Of a stretch of DNA of 64,000 nucleotides, positions 38,406 through 52,898 are shown piece by piece (the stretch's first letter is position 1; every line of letters begins with the position of its first letter). The position numbers were made by a program, and so were the translations under genes. The stretch is from Octopus vulgaris (taxonomy: Eukaryota), in contig OX597830.1 in assembly GCA_951406725.2 (NCBI GenBank), forward strand, positions 7,440,001 through 7,504,000. Direction: 5' to 3'. The notes under the pieces are model-generated. The model did not search any database. It was not told the DNA's origin and saw nothing but the letters and a program-made list of their open reading frames with translations.

Positions 38406-38820
38406 ATACTCTTTACTCTTTACTCTTTTATTTGCTTCAGTCATTTGACTGCGGCCATGCTGGAGCACCGCCTCTAGTCGAGGAAATCGACCCAAAGTCT
38501 TATTCTTTAGAAGCCTTGTACTAATTCTATCGGTCTATTTTGCCGAACCGCTAAGTTACGGGGACGTAACCACACCAGCATCGGTTGTCAAGCGATGTTG
38601 GGGAGACAAACACAGACACACAAACACACGCACATATACATATATATATATATATACGACGGGGGGCTTCTTTTCAGTTTCCTTCTACCAAATCCACTCA
38701 CAAGGATTTGGTCGGCCCCATAGCTGAAGACACTTGCCCAAGGTACCATGCAGTGAGACTGAACCCAGAACCATGTGGTTGGGAAGGAAGCTTCTTACCA
38801 CAAAGCCACTCCTACGCCTA
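38406..38820 (-). mobile_element. SINE family A (near full length)
   Basis: Reverse complement colinear with 4279-4697. Confidence 0.9.
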
Positions 38821-39554
38821 TATATTTAGTTATTCATTTATATATTTACATGCGTACATAAGCAGCATATTAATATACGTGTGTCGATGTAAGTAGATAT
38901 GGATGTAAGTATGCATGTATGAATGTGTTTTTTGTCTCTTCTGGTTTTAATAATTAAAAATTTCCAGCAAGGAAAGAGCTGATTTCTAACGGAGATACAA
39001 ACCTTCATCGTTCATTTGCAGATAACAAAATGGATGCCACATTTTAAACTTATCAAAAGACTTCAATATATTTACTGTTTCTGTTACACCTTAAACTACC
39101 GAGCTTGTCACTCAGGCATTTACATATAAAACCAAGTTTACCAACTGTTATTTAATGTGAATTATATATTTATCTAGCGTATTTATTCAAGAGTTGCATT
39201 CTCTCTTCATTAATCCAGTTCGGTCTCATAAATTAAGAGCGCAGTCATATTTTATTCAAGACGGGTTGGTATACATTCTGTTGCTTCAATAATAAGTATG
39301 AAGCTGAACGTGTATCTTCGGTTCTAGATTTGCAAATACCTTATCAATGGTCCATAGATGCCATCTTTCTACTGTATCTTTCTGACCACATTGGCCTCCT
39401 CATAGCAGCTGAGTTCCACAGCAGGGCATATATTTTATATTGATTCCATATAATACCTGCTCAGTTGCGCTTAAACATGGTGGCTGTTTTAATATTTTAG
39501 TCCCACCAATAATCTACATTTTTATCTTGACCTTAACTACTTGAGCGGGTCTGT

Positions 39555-39940
39555 TCAAGGCTGATGACATGTGCATCTCTGATCACGAGCAGACGTAGTG
39601 GAAGAGCATCATAGCGATGTGTCGGGAGGAATTCTTTGGAGTTTCAATGATTCACCTCTCGAAACATGGGCGTTTTGTTTATCATCCTTAAAAACCCTAA
39701 TTCAAGAACATTTTGAGTGGGATGGTAGGATGAGATACTCGACCTGAATAAATCCTAACTGGGCCCCACCTGCAAGGTCATGCGCTGTTTATCTTGATAT
39801 GGGATCACCATGTCGCGCATATATAGCTTTGATGCATGAGCCTTTTGTACCCTTATCAAACAGGTGGTCATGATGGGTATACTGGGCTTCATATATCTAT
39901 AACCCACGTTACTTTGATGGCACGCGCCGCACTCCCACTC
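39555..39940 (+). repeat. Probable dispersed retroposon 3' end terminating in (AAT)n
   Basis: Complex non-coding sequence ending cactc-(aat)n. Recognised from recall as a common octopus repeat; single copy in this window. Confidence 0.4.
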
Positions 39941-40009
<69 letters not shown>

Positions 40010-40678
40010 CAACACACCAGAAAGTGATAAGTGCAGAATCTGTGGACAAAATGGTGAAACTGTATGCCATATTACCAGCCAATGTACGCCATTAGCCCAG
40101 AGTGAATATAAGAGACGTCACGACAATATAGCCATGCTTGTCCATTGGGCACTTTGCAACAAGTATGGTTTTGATAGAGAGAAAAATTGATTCGACCACA
40201 AACCTGAAGGCATCATTGAAAATGATAATGCAAAGATCCAATGGGATTTTATGATTCAGTGCAACCATGAGATAGAGAATAGGAAGCCGGACATAATCTT
40301 AATTGAGAAAGAAAGCAAACTATGCTGGATCATAGATATAGCATTCCCAGCTGAAAACAAGATATGCGATAAGGAAGAAAGGAAAGTCGAGAGATATGGC
40401 AAGTTAGCTTGGGAAGTTAAGCAGCTGTGTTCGATGAAAAAGGTAGCAGTAGTACCAATAATAGTCGGAGCCCTGGGAACGGTGAATAATAATCTCGAGA
40501 AGTACGTGGAACAAATAGGGGCTGCAATAAGGGTGGAGCACTTGCAGAAACCAGCACTGCTTGGAACCGCTCGAATACTCCGGAAGGTGCTCGAAAAATA
40601 AGAGGTGTTACCTTAGTTCACCGGTAGTATACAGCTCACACCGTAGTAAATCTCCCGCGTTAGAAGCTGTGCAAAAGC

Positions 40679-40680
<2 letters not shown>
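40010..40680 (+). mobile_element. Dong/R4-clade LINE 3' fragment in (AAT)n
   Basis: CRICGQNGETVCHITSQC (CCHC), RRHDN, WDF...NRKPDIILIE...IIDIAFP...K..RY, PIIVGALG, ALLGTARILRKVL*. (AAT)n on both sides. Confidence 0.93.
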
Positions 40681-40749
<69 letters not shown>

Positions 40750-41761
40750 TAGCAAGAACAACGACTCGAAGCTAATTTCTATTGACTACCAAGTGTGACT
40801 TAGTTGAATGAAAGTACAGACGTTTAAGCCAGATTACTTAATTTCTTTGCTCGTATCAAAAACCTGGAGCCGAAATAATAGAAATGTTTGGTAAAAGCCC
40901 CTCATCAGAAGAAGATAAACATTGCTTAATGATATTCGTTGATTTAGAGTTAAGTATATGGTTTGTTAGTGCGATTAGTAGTTTTGGGTAATTAGTAAAT
41001 TTTGAAATTAATACAATCCTCGTTTTACCCAATTTATCTCCTGAGCTGAACATAAAATAAGCAAAACCATTTTGCCACTAAATTTACACCAATTGCTAAC
41101 AAATTTATTTTACTGTTAATTATTACTCTCTTACTCTCACTTTCTATCTATCTATCTTTCTTCTTTCCCTTTTTACTTCATCTCTCTCTCTCTCTCGCTC
41201 TCTCTCTCTCTTTTCTCTCTCACTTTCTTTGTTTCTCTATTTATTTATACATGTGTGTGTATGAGTGCCTGTGTGTGTTTCTTTACACGTCTGTATCTCT
41301 CTTTTAATCATGTGCACGCGCACACACACACACACGCACATACACACGCACGCACATGCACACATACACACACATACTCAAGCACACACGCACACACACG
41401 CATGCACACGAACGCACTCACACACACGTGCAACAATTTTCACACACAACAATTTTCAATAAAATGGCATTTTCGGTTCCATTACATATCAAATAAATTA
41501 AAGACAGAACGAAAAAGAACGTCTGCCATATTCCAATACTTAAATTTCAACTTCAAAGAATTCACTTCCGCATTTTCTATCCATATTGACGCTAAAAAGT
41601 ACTTTCATTTAACACAAACGTCTGGTCGTTGTGAAAATATTGTTTTTTAAGTTAAAGATTCAAAAACGCCACTGAATTTAAAGCTGATCCTGGGCCTTCA
41701 ACTGAGTTTCAGGTTGGCAAAGTTTACTTTTGGCAGTGTTTGTCCTACATGAGTACAAGAG

Positions 41762-41952
41762 AACCGGTGTTGGTGTGTTTACGCCCTTGTATCTGAGCCA
41801 TTCGACAAGAGAGACTGATAGAATAAGTTACCCGGCTTTAAAAAATTAAGTAGTAGGGTCGACTCGTTCGACTAAAATTCTTCAAGTTGGTGCCACGGCA
41901 TGGCCACAGTCTAATGACTGAAACAAGTAAAAGATTTAAAAAAATAAAAGAT
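41762..41952 (+). mobile_element. SINE family A, 3' half
   Basis: aaccggtgttggtgtgtttacg...gcatggccacagtctaatgactgaaacaagtaaaaga. Confidence 0.8.
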
Positions 41953-42358
41953 AAAGCGTTAAAGTGTAGGAAAAAGTAATCAACATTTTGCATTGATGCC
42001 AACTACGAAATGAGAACCATTTGCATTGGTGCAAATAGCTACCTCAAACCAGAACCGCCTGAGACCAACGCGTACCAATACTGGCATTAAAGACTATTTT
42101 TTTTTTTTTCGTTTATTTACTTCAGTTCAAATCTTCCTGTGATGTTAGCTTCGATGGCAAGATTTGTCCTTGTAGTGTGAGTGGTTTGAAATATATTTTA
42201 TGGTAAGCTGGGGTGGGGTTAGACATACCCACACTGTTGAATGAGGTTAGGACTGAGTAACAACGGTTGGACTTTGACACAGAAACACGGAAAAATCGTG
42301 GATCCTTATTTTCACAATTTCTTAAACAGAATATAATAACATATATATGTATATTCAT

Positions 42359-42447
<89 letters not shown>

Positions 42448-42459
42448 GTTTGCAAGACG

Positions 42460-42514
<55 letters not shown>

Positions 42515-42609
42515 GTGTGTGTGTGTAAAGAGTGAGAGAGGTTGGAGATGGATATTCTCTATATAGAATACAAATAGTGCTCAAGAGATTTGAACTTGAG
42601 TAGATAGAG

Positions 42610-43200
42610 GAGTAAATGCAAAGACAAGCAAGTTAGGCAAATTGGTATACAAAAATATAAAATTATATAATACAAAAAATGTGCATATGTATATATATTA
42701 AAATAAGCCGACTTACGCATAAAGAAAATGATAACGAGAATTAAGGTGTCTGAGTAGGTGTTTTACGAGTCTAACAGCTGTTTCTGGGAGCTTGGTGGTC
42801 CAAAATAATGCTTGTAACTTGATTCCATCATCGGAAATACCATCAGCTTCCGTCTTCAGGGAAGAATTTTACATTTGAAGTTTTGACAGAATGGAGATTA
42901 AAGCTTCCATCTTTAATCTCCATTCTGTCAAACCTCAAATGTAAAATTCTTCCCTGAAGACGGAAGCTGATGGTATTTCCGATGATGGAATCAAGTTACA
43001 AGCATTATTTTGGACCATCAAGCTCACAGAAACAGATATTGGAGTCGTAAAATTCCTATTCAGCCCCCTTAATTCCTATCATTTCCTTTCTGTGTAAGGC
43101 GGACTTTCTTTATATGTGTATATATGTACAGTCCATGTTTTAAATGGATTTGATACTCTTTGTACTTTGACTTGACTAACATGCTTGTCCTTACATTCAC
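42610..43200. mobile_element. Head-to-head inverted pair of pLTR-like repeats, each with an HHR-like motif
   Basis: Arms meet at a 7-nt loop (42904-42910). CTGAAGA...GAAA-CAGCTG-TT on the minus strand of the left arm; a decayed copy on the plus strand of the right arm. Confidence 0.8.
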
Positions 43201-43709
43201 GCATATATATATATATATATATACACAACCACACAAACATGCGTACATTATACAGGTGCATACATACAGACAGACAGATAGACAGACAGACAGACAGACA
43301 TTAATCCATCGAGATCTCTGATCGACTGCCATTTACATGAGAATGCTCCTGCTTCTACTCCACCCGTCGTGCGTCCTAAGCGTCCTAAGCGTCCTAAGCG
43401 ACGGAAATGGTGGTATTTCACAGTCACAGACTGTGTAGTAAGGTCAGATAGTAAGGCTATCTGACCCTAAGTTGATGATATCAGTTATATGCTATGTGGC
43501 CGTACACGAGTGATTGGTAGAGGAATGACTGATGACTTGCGCGACGATTTTGATTAAAGTGAGGAAGATTTGCGTACCGTCAGCTTGATTTTCTTTTCTT
43601 ATTTATTACCTTGCTTCAGGGGCCTAACAGATATCGGGACAACTGAAGAAGATTAGAAAATTACTATTTTTAAATCTTACAACCAGAGATATTCAGCAAC
43701 AGTACTTTA

Positions 43710-43902
43710 GAGTAAAGACTGTTTGCCAACATAACATGGCAGTTCTGGTTTAGGACGAATGTTGCTGTAATTTAGCCTCAGGAGAATCGTCTCCAGATCG
43801 TGTCGTATAGCCAGCTGGAGACGATGTCTCGTGGGGCTAAATTACAGCAACATTCGTCCTAAACCAGAACTGCCATTTTATGCTGGCAAACAATCTTTAC
43901 TC
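43710..43902. repeat. Inverted repeat (arms about 87 bp, 18-nt loop), foldback/MITE-like
   Basis: atggcagttctggtttaggacgaatgttgctgtaatttagcc and its exact reverse complement. Confidence 0.92.
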
Positions 43903-44249
43903 CAACTGAAGGGGAATTTATATCCAACGAATGACTGCGCCCCGAACCCCCTGATTTACCATGCTTCAGGAATTGTTTGGGGTTGTCAGATAAATTCGTT
44001 TGTTCAAGTTATTTCGACTTGACACCCCATCGTGATATCTGAAAGAGGAATAAATTTTACTCAAATTTCTAAAACGATAAAAGAAATGTTGTAGATGAAG
44101 AATAGAATTGCAAAATGGCATAAAACGCAGCGGTACAAATATTTTTCCACATAAATCCAATAAATTTGGAAAGGATTAACATAAACAATGACAAAAAAAG
44201 AACGAGCGAATTTATCTGACAATATATAGCTGGCTGAAATCATGCACAC

Positions 44250-44417
44250 GTACATACATACATACGTACATACATACAAACATACATACATACAAACATA
44301 CATACATACATACATACATACACACATACATACATACATACATACAAACATACATACATACATACATACATACATACATACATACATACATACATACATA
44401 CATACATACATACATAC
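44250..44417. repeat. (ATAC)n microsatellite
   Basis: Directly visible. Confidence 0.95.
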
Positions 44418-45121
44418 TCAAACCATTCTAAATAACTGAAAGAAGGTCGTAAAGATAGATTTACTATATCTAACATAGTACAGAGATAATGACAGATATA
44501 GCCCAGACGTAGGCCAGATGTGGCACAGACGTGTTGCAGACATGTTACAGATGTCGAATTGACCTCTCAACTCATTAGTCTTTTATCATTAGTACAATCT
44601 GTTCAATCTTGTTACAATCAAAGATTAAACTTTTCATTTCAAAGAGAAATAAAACACAGAATATATTAATTAATTAGAAATATTTCGTTTAAGATTTTGT
44701 CTTGTATCACAAACTTAGGATATTTTCATATTTGCATATTCTATTACGACTACTATACTTATTGTTGCTATAGTTACTGCTGTTATAGTTGCAGCTTGCT
44801 TTAGCTATTAAGCTTACTATAATTATTGGTGTTGTTTTTGATGGTGGTGGTGGTGGTGGTGGTGGTGGTGGCAATGATGATGATGATGACGATGATGATG
44901 ATAATGATGATGATGGGTGGTGGTGGTGGTGGCAATGATGGTGATGTTGATGTGACGATGGCAATGATGATGGTGATGATGGTGATGATGATGATGAAGA
45001 TGATGACGACGACGACGACGAAGGCGACGTACAGTAGTCTCAGCTTCGGGTTCAAATTAAATGGCCCCTTCTTGTAGCTCAAGCAACAACCGGTATTTCT
45101 ATAGAGTTGCTCGAGACGGCG

Positions 45122-45205
<84 letters not shown>

Positions 45206-45301
45206 ATCGCTCATATTGAATCTTGAAATACTTCAATAGTATTGATACTTTGATACAATAACATTCAGTATATAATATTCTTATTGAATATTTTTAACTT
45301 A

Positions 45302-45362
<61 letters not shown>

Positions 45363-45534
45363 GAGATAGGGGTTGTAAATTCAACCCTCCATGGGATAAC
45401 ATATATCCAATATACTACTAGAGAGGTACCCAACTATGTCATTGCTGTTGTGTAATGGCTTAATAAAGTATTGATTGGGTATTATCTGATGGTTGATGAT
45501 TGATTTAGGTATGTTTGTCCATTTTCTCATTTTG

Positions 45535-45564
<30 letters not shown>

Positions 45565-45566
<2 letters not shown>

Positions 45567-45778
45567 CAGTCACCATGAGTTTTATTATTTTCTCACAATT
45601 TATTTTCTCTCTTTTTATTCTCTCTCTCTCTGTTTATTTCATCGTGCTCCTTTCTGTTGAAGAGCATAGGCTCGAAACGTAAAAGATTTTCTCACCTTCT
45701 CGAGCGTCAAACTAATACACCTGTTTTTTGTTTATACACCTGTCTTCGTCTTTCGTTTTTCTGTAAATTTCAACTATA
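45565..45778 (+). mobile_element. Short non-autonomous pLTR-like element with minimal HHR motif (45650-45685)
   Basis: CTTT-CTGTTGA-A-GAGC-atag-GCTC-GAAA-CG-TA-AAAG; downstream cgagcgtcaaactaatac...cctgtcttcgtc is shared with the other copies. Confidence 0.75.
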
Positions 45779-46467
45779 TACAGAGTTATTCAGATAGAAT
45801 GAAACTGTTTCATAAGGCAATATTTTAATAAGGAAAAACAATCGAGGACTCCAGCTAAGTCACAAGTATTTACTCACAATCAACTTTTATTTCTGTGGAT
45901 TACAATAATGAAATATAAAGAAGAAAATATCCTAAGAATCATTTGAACTAAAAACGACAGAATGAACCAAGTATCGAGTGATGATTGAAGGAAAACAAAA
46001 AAGGATTTGCCGTGCGTGGTGGTGGTGGTGGTGGTGGAGGTATTAGTGTAGGTTGGTGTCGACAAAATAATCTGTAAAAAAATGTTCAAATAGAAGAGTA
46101 CTTTTGTTTAATTATTACTCGACAAAAGTTCGTTATGAAGCGATTGAAGATCTGAGGGTTGCACTTACCACCAAATTCCCACCAAAAAAAAATCAAAAAA
46201 GAAAAAGAAGGATTTCAATTCAGATCGATACGGTGGCATCTAAACGCAGCAATTCTGTTAAATCCTCTCCATCACCAAATCCACGAATAGTATTACTAAT
46301 GTACTACTCTGATTGCATCGGTAATTACAGTTTATAATAATGCATGTTTTACTCCAAGATAAATATAGCCGAACCCTTTTAGCAGTATTTTATTCAGATT
46401 GAATGAGATGTTTGTGATTCTTTCGTAATATCATTATATTTTATATGTTTGCATATCATCATCATCA

Positions 46468-46559
<92 letters not shown>

Positions 46560-46691
46560 TTGGTTCCTCTTTGTCTTAATAACAAAACAACCTTTCAATG
46601 CTTTCGTTCCATAACTTGTCTTTTGAATTCCACAAATATACAATATTCGCTTATTTTGCCGTATCAGTGTGTCTATGTCTGTGTAAGTATG

Positions 46692-46733
<42 letters not shown>

Positions 46734-47024
46734 CATACATGTGTGTGTAACGGTGTGGGCACGGAGAAGTCCTTTTTTTGGTGGGGCGGGAGGGAGGAGA
46801 TCGATATTGTAGCGCCAAAGATATGATATTTAAAACGATTCAGATTAAAAACAAAATATTAAAATGATTCAATGAAATAACAAGAGCAAAAGTAATAAAA
46901 AGTACATTTATATTATCTTGTATTCTATTTAAATTCTGTAGTCAAAATTTCAGCCAGAAATAAAAGTCATATACGATACACTTTTGGTGGTGGTGGTGGT
47001 GGTGTGTGTGTATGTGTGTGTGTG

Positions 47025-47113
<89 letters not shown>

Positions 47114-47400
47114 ATATGTATATATATTTATACATATATATATACACACGCATATATATATATATATGTATATACATATATATATGTGCGCGTGTGTGTG
47201 TGAGTATGTATATGCCTATGTATGTATACATACATACAAGCCCAAATTGCGCATACTATATTTATAGTATTTATACGACATAAAATCGAAAACACAAATA
47301 CACTCTCACATACACATATACATACGTATATATATATATATATATATCTACTTATATATACATATATATATGCATATATATTCATATGTATAGGTATATA

Positions 47401-47442
<42 letters not shown>

Positions 47443-47706
47443 CATATATATACATAATCCTATGTCAAAATAATAATTGGAGTATATATGAAAGAAAGAC
47501 AAAAAATATCTGAGAGAGAGAGAAAGAACAATGAGTCAAGAGAAAGAGGATGAGAGAGATGGAGCAATAAAGAGTAATAGAGAAAGAGGGGGGGAAGGAG
47601 GCGAGGAAGCGAGTGTAAGAATAAAGATTTTTAAAATAGGAAAGGAAAAGTTTATTTTGAAATATTCAAAAAATGGAAAACTGAAGGAAATGATAAGCAA
47701 TGCCAC

Positions 47707-47775
<69 letters not shown>

Positions 47776-48133
47776 TAATAATAATAGCAATAACAATAAT
47801 AATAACAATAATAATAATAATAATAATGACGATAATGATAATCATAATCATAATCATAATAATAACAACAACAACAACAACAACAATAATGATAATAATA
47901 ATAATAAGAAGAAGAAGAAGATGAAATAAGAAGAAGAAGAAGAAGAAGAAAAAGAAAGAGAAAAGACAAAGGAAAAGAAGGAGAAGGGGAAGAAAAAGAA
48001 GAAGAAGAAGAAGAAAAAGAAAGAGAAAAGATAAAGGAAAAGAAGAAGAAGAAGAAGAAGAAGAAAAAAAAAAGAAGAAAAAGAAGAAGAAGAAGAAGAA
48101 GAAGAAGAAGAAGAAGAAGAAGAAGAAGAAGAA
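47707..48133. repeat. (AAT)/(AAC)/(GAA)n compound repeat
   Basis: Directly visible. Confidence 0.95.
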
Positions 48134-48476
48134 AACAATACATGTTGTCATAGGTGACCTGGGAATGATAGCAAAAGGGGTTGATTGCTACCTAACTCAG
48201 ATACCAGGAAACCCCAAAATGGCAAAAATTCAAAAGATAGTGCTCATGGGAACTGCTCATATCCTACACAAAATACTTTCTATGTAATCTCATATTTTAA
48301 AACAAACATAATTTTCGGTTTTTTTTAGACATTCACCAGTACAACACTAAATACAAAACCAAATATATGGCACATTAGGCATAACAACAATACGAACTTC
48401 CAACTTGTTGTCTCTTGAGGTCTCTTGGTGAAACTTGGAGCCAACTTGTACAAATGTAAAGCAAAAGTCAAACATA

Positions 48477-48480
<4 letters not shown>
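48133..48480 (+). mobile_element. Second Dong/R4-like LINE extreme 3' end
   Basis: KTIHVVIGDLGMI...IPGNPKMAKIQKIVLMGTAHILHKILSM*, then a UTR ending in (AAT)n. Confidence 0.8.
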
Positions 48481-48537
<57 letters not shown>

Positions 48538-48539
<2 letters not shown>

Positions 48540-48692
48540 TGGTTTCAAGTTTTGGGGCAACGCCAGCAATTATGGAGGAAGAGAGTAGTCTATTAAATCG
48601 ACGCCAGTGTACAACTGGTACTCGTTTTATCGACCATGAAGGAATAAAAAGGAAAGTCAAACGCGTAACGTAAAGACGGACAAAATGTAACT
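48538..48692 (-). mobile_element. SINE family B, diverged 3' part
   Basis: aactggtactcgttttatcgaccatgaaggaataaaaaggaaagtc is the reverse complement of the core. Confidence 0.7.
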
Positions 48693-48716
48693 AGGAATCT
48701 ATCTATCTATCTATCA

Positions 48717-48775
<59 letters not shown>

Positions 48776-48789
48776 CCTATATATATATG

Positions 48790-48820
<31 letters not shown>

Positions 48821-49001
48821 ACATAAACACACACATATACATATATATACTTATATTTATATATGCATAAGTATATGCATATATATGTATATATGTATAT
48901 ATTTGTAGGTATATGTATATGCAAGTGGCCGAGCCAATGAATCGGACACTAACGGCATGTTGCGTCAAAGCTTCTAAGTTCTACCCACAATATATATCTG
49001 T

Positions 49002-49044
<43 letters not shown>

Positions 49045-50154
49045 TTGCGTGTCTTTAGAGAATATGAAAGCTAATTCCTTAATAAAATTTAAGTCGATCA
49101 TATAACACTCATCCAATAAGAATACTAAAAATTAGTTATGAAATGTAATTTCTGAAGATTTGACAATGCAATCTGATTATAAAGATATCCATACATAAAT
49201 GATATTTTCGATTGTAAATGAAATACTCTGATTAGTTGATGTTTCAAATTTCTGGTTTTGCTACATGAAATCTGTCATCTGTCCAGCCAAACGGTATTCG
49301 AATCATGATGCGACTCCTCCTCACAGATTCGTTTTTGATATACAGGAATACACAGATGGAGTTATAAATACCGGATATTTGGAGTTTAATATAAATTTAA
49401 ATGGTTGTATTGTTAAGAAGCTCGGTTTGCACCCATGTGGTTTCGGTTTCAATTCCATAGACACCTTGTTGAAATGCTTTCCACTAGAGCCCCAGGACGA
49501 TTGACCTAGGAAAACGGAATCTGATAGAAGTCTGTTGTATATATATGCATGAGTGTGGGTGCCGGTCTGTAGATGTGCGTGTATATGTATATGTATGGGT
49601 GTGTCTCCTTGTGTCTTCTTGTGTTAGAGTATAAGCAAACTTAAGAAAATAAATGCTTGGATCAATCTACAAAGGCCCCAACATGGCCGAAATCTAATCA
49701 CTGAAGGAAATAAAACCTAAAAATTATAAATTAAAGACGTATTTAGGTTTTGAGCTGAATTTAGTTTCTTGTACTACCGCACGCGCGGGCGCGCGCACAT
49801 ATATACACACGTGTTTGTGTGTGTGTGGCGTAAAGGCGTGTCGCCTGGTGGTTAGTGGTTTCGGTTACCAGAACGGAGATGCATTGTGTTCCTCTGCAAA
49901 ACCCTTTATTTCACGTTGTTTCACTCCACCCAGCTGCAAATTGGTCACCCTCGACGCATTGACGTTCATGTCAGATGAAATGTTGACCTGTGAAAGGGGT
50001 GGCATCATTTGAATGCGAAGAAACGGATTGGATCCGGTTGTGCACAATGACATTCGACAGTTTTGTCGATACAGCGAGATATTGATAAATATATATATAC
50101 ATATATATACACACACACACACACACACATACACGCACACACACATATATATAT

Positions 50155-50185
<31 letters not shown>

Positions 50186-50198
50186 AACAGATAGATAT

Positions 50199-50314
<116 letters not shown>

Positions 50315-50595
50315 GTAGATAAGATATAGATGTATATATATATATATGTGTGTGTGTGTATTTACATGTACCTATACATGTATGTATAGATGCATGTATT
50401 TAAACATCACTTGATATCTATCTTTCCATTTCTTTTCTGTTTACATTTTCCTCTCTTCCCACTCTGTCGGTCGCTTCTTTCTTTCAGTTTGTATTTCTCT
50501 ATCTCAAGCCAAAGTACCCTCTCACACTCATTCTCTCTCTCTGTCTGTCTCTCTCTCCCTCTCTCTCTCTCTCTCCCTCTCTCTCTCTCTCCATA

Positions 50596-50646
<51 letters not shown>

Positions 50647-50727
50647 CTCCCTGTTTCATTTTTCTCTCTTCGTTCCTCAGTTTATCTATATATACCCTTC
50701 TATCTACCTATATCTTTCTTTCTCGCC

Positions 50728-50799
<72 letters not shown>

Positions 50800-51837
50800 A
50801 TATATATATATATATATACTTATCTATATATATATATATATATTCTATAACCTATTATCTCCTTCTTTCTTTCGACTTCTCACCATTTTTCCTTCTATAT
50901 TTTAATTTATTCTTTTTTCTTCCCCACCCTGCACACACACACATACACACGCTCACACACACACACGCACACACACACGCTCACACACACACGCTCACAC
51001 ACACATGCTCACACACACACGCTCACACACACGCACACGTAATTCCTTTCTACTTTTTTTCGTTTTCCATTTCTCTCCTCCATTTACCGTCGGTTCTCGT
51101 TTTTTTATTATTATTGTTGCTGTTGTTGTTGGTGTTTCTACTCTGACTTTGACACCGACTTTCTTGTGTTCTTCCATTGTTTCTCTCTCCCCCTCTCCCT
51201 CTCACTCCAAGACAATGCCATTGTCTTCCATTTCTTCTTTCTTCAGACACAATCAACAGAAAAACACCAGACGCCAAAAACTTAATTGCCCTCTAATGAC
51301 AGTTCTGCTGCATTAACGGTGACTATGACATCATCGTCATCGTTATCATCATCATCGTCGTCATCATCATCGCTTCTATCGTCGTCGTTGTTGTTGTCGT
51401 CGTCATCGTCATCATCATCACAATCGTTGTCCTTAACATTGCCATTGCCATTACCGCTGCCACCACAACCACGTCCACCATCACTACAACCTCCTTTGTC
51501 ATCGTCATCATCATCATCGCCGTCGTCGTCGTCATCATCATCATCGAAATGGTCATTTTCATTGCCAAGTGTACTAAAACCATCATCATCAGCAGCAGCA
51601 GCATCGCCAGTATCACCATCATCATCAGTAGCATCTTCACTACTGGCGCACATGATATTGTCTTCACTGCCGTCGTTCTCGTTGTCATGACCACCACCAC
51701 CACAAACCGAGATAATGTAGTCCAAGATATATATAGAGGCCTGGTGGACAATAAAAGTATACGTTTGTTCATATACTTGATAGACCAGCTCAGACCTAGG
51801 GTTAAACAACTTTTAATAAACATATTAATACCACAAG

Positions 51838-51903
<66 letters not shown>

Positions 51904-52018
51904 TAATAATAATAATATTGATGATGATGATGATAATAATAATAATAATAATAATAACAATAATAATAACAATAATAATAATAATAATAATAACAATAAT
52001 AATAATAATAATAATAAC

Positions 52019-52055
<37 letters not shown>

Positions 52056-52454
52056 TGCTAGCTGTGGACAGCTGACATTTTCCAAAATACCCAGCAAAAT
52101 ATGCTGTGGGTTTTCATATAGTAATTAATAATAAGATGTCTGTCTCTGTCCCAGGGTCACATATTTAATAGATATTATAGCCGTTCGGAAAATATTTTCT
52201 ATATATGTATGTTGTAAATTGTTTGTTCCGCTTAAGGCTTAAGCTGTTTTTATGAATATATAACATTTTTCTGCAATACTCTAGCTGCATTTTCTAGCAC
52301 CGCTTTCTTTTGATAACATTTAATCGTATCGCATTATTGTGAACTTCTATACTTTTAAGTTTACTGATGTATAGGGATAGTGATTCTGATTTCATTATCT
52401 CTGAGGATTTCATGAAACCTATTTACTGTGTGTGTGTGTGCGTGTGCGTGTGTA

Positions 52455-52590
52455 TGTCTGTGTGCCTGTGTTTATCCCCACAACATCGCTTGTCAACCGA
52501 TGTTGGTGTGTTTACGTCCCCGTAACTTAGCGGTTCGGCAATTGCACCCGATATAATAAGTACTAGTAAAAGAATAAAAGATTAAAAGAA
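52455..52590 (+). mobile_element. SINE family A, internal/3' fragment
   Basis: caaccgatgttggtgtgtttacgtccccgtaacttagcggttcggc. Confidence 0.8.
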
Positions 52591-52898
52591 TATATACATA
52601 TATACACCTTTACAAATAGTATATGTACATACACAGGCATATATTATAGTTTTTATAGATATCCATATTCGTTCATATACACAAGAAATTAGACGAAAAC
52701 TTCAAGAATACACACTTATACACAAGCGCTCATAACTGTACATATACATACATATTGATAGGTACAAACTTAAGTCATGTGTACGTACACATTCACACTG
52801 CTACATAAACACACACACATCTGTACACACCACTACACACTCGAAAATGTTATGTCATATATACGTCGACATTCACACAGATACACATGCTTATATAT

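Noticed and set aside
40815-40915. Minus-strand CTGATGAGGGG core
   Set aside because: No matching stem II partner with GAAA; too decayed to call.
51286-51690. Ser/Pro-rich 134-aa ORF
   Set aside because: Built on (TCA/TCG)n, TTG start, and the upstream acceptor leads to stops in all frames.
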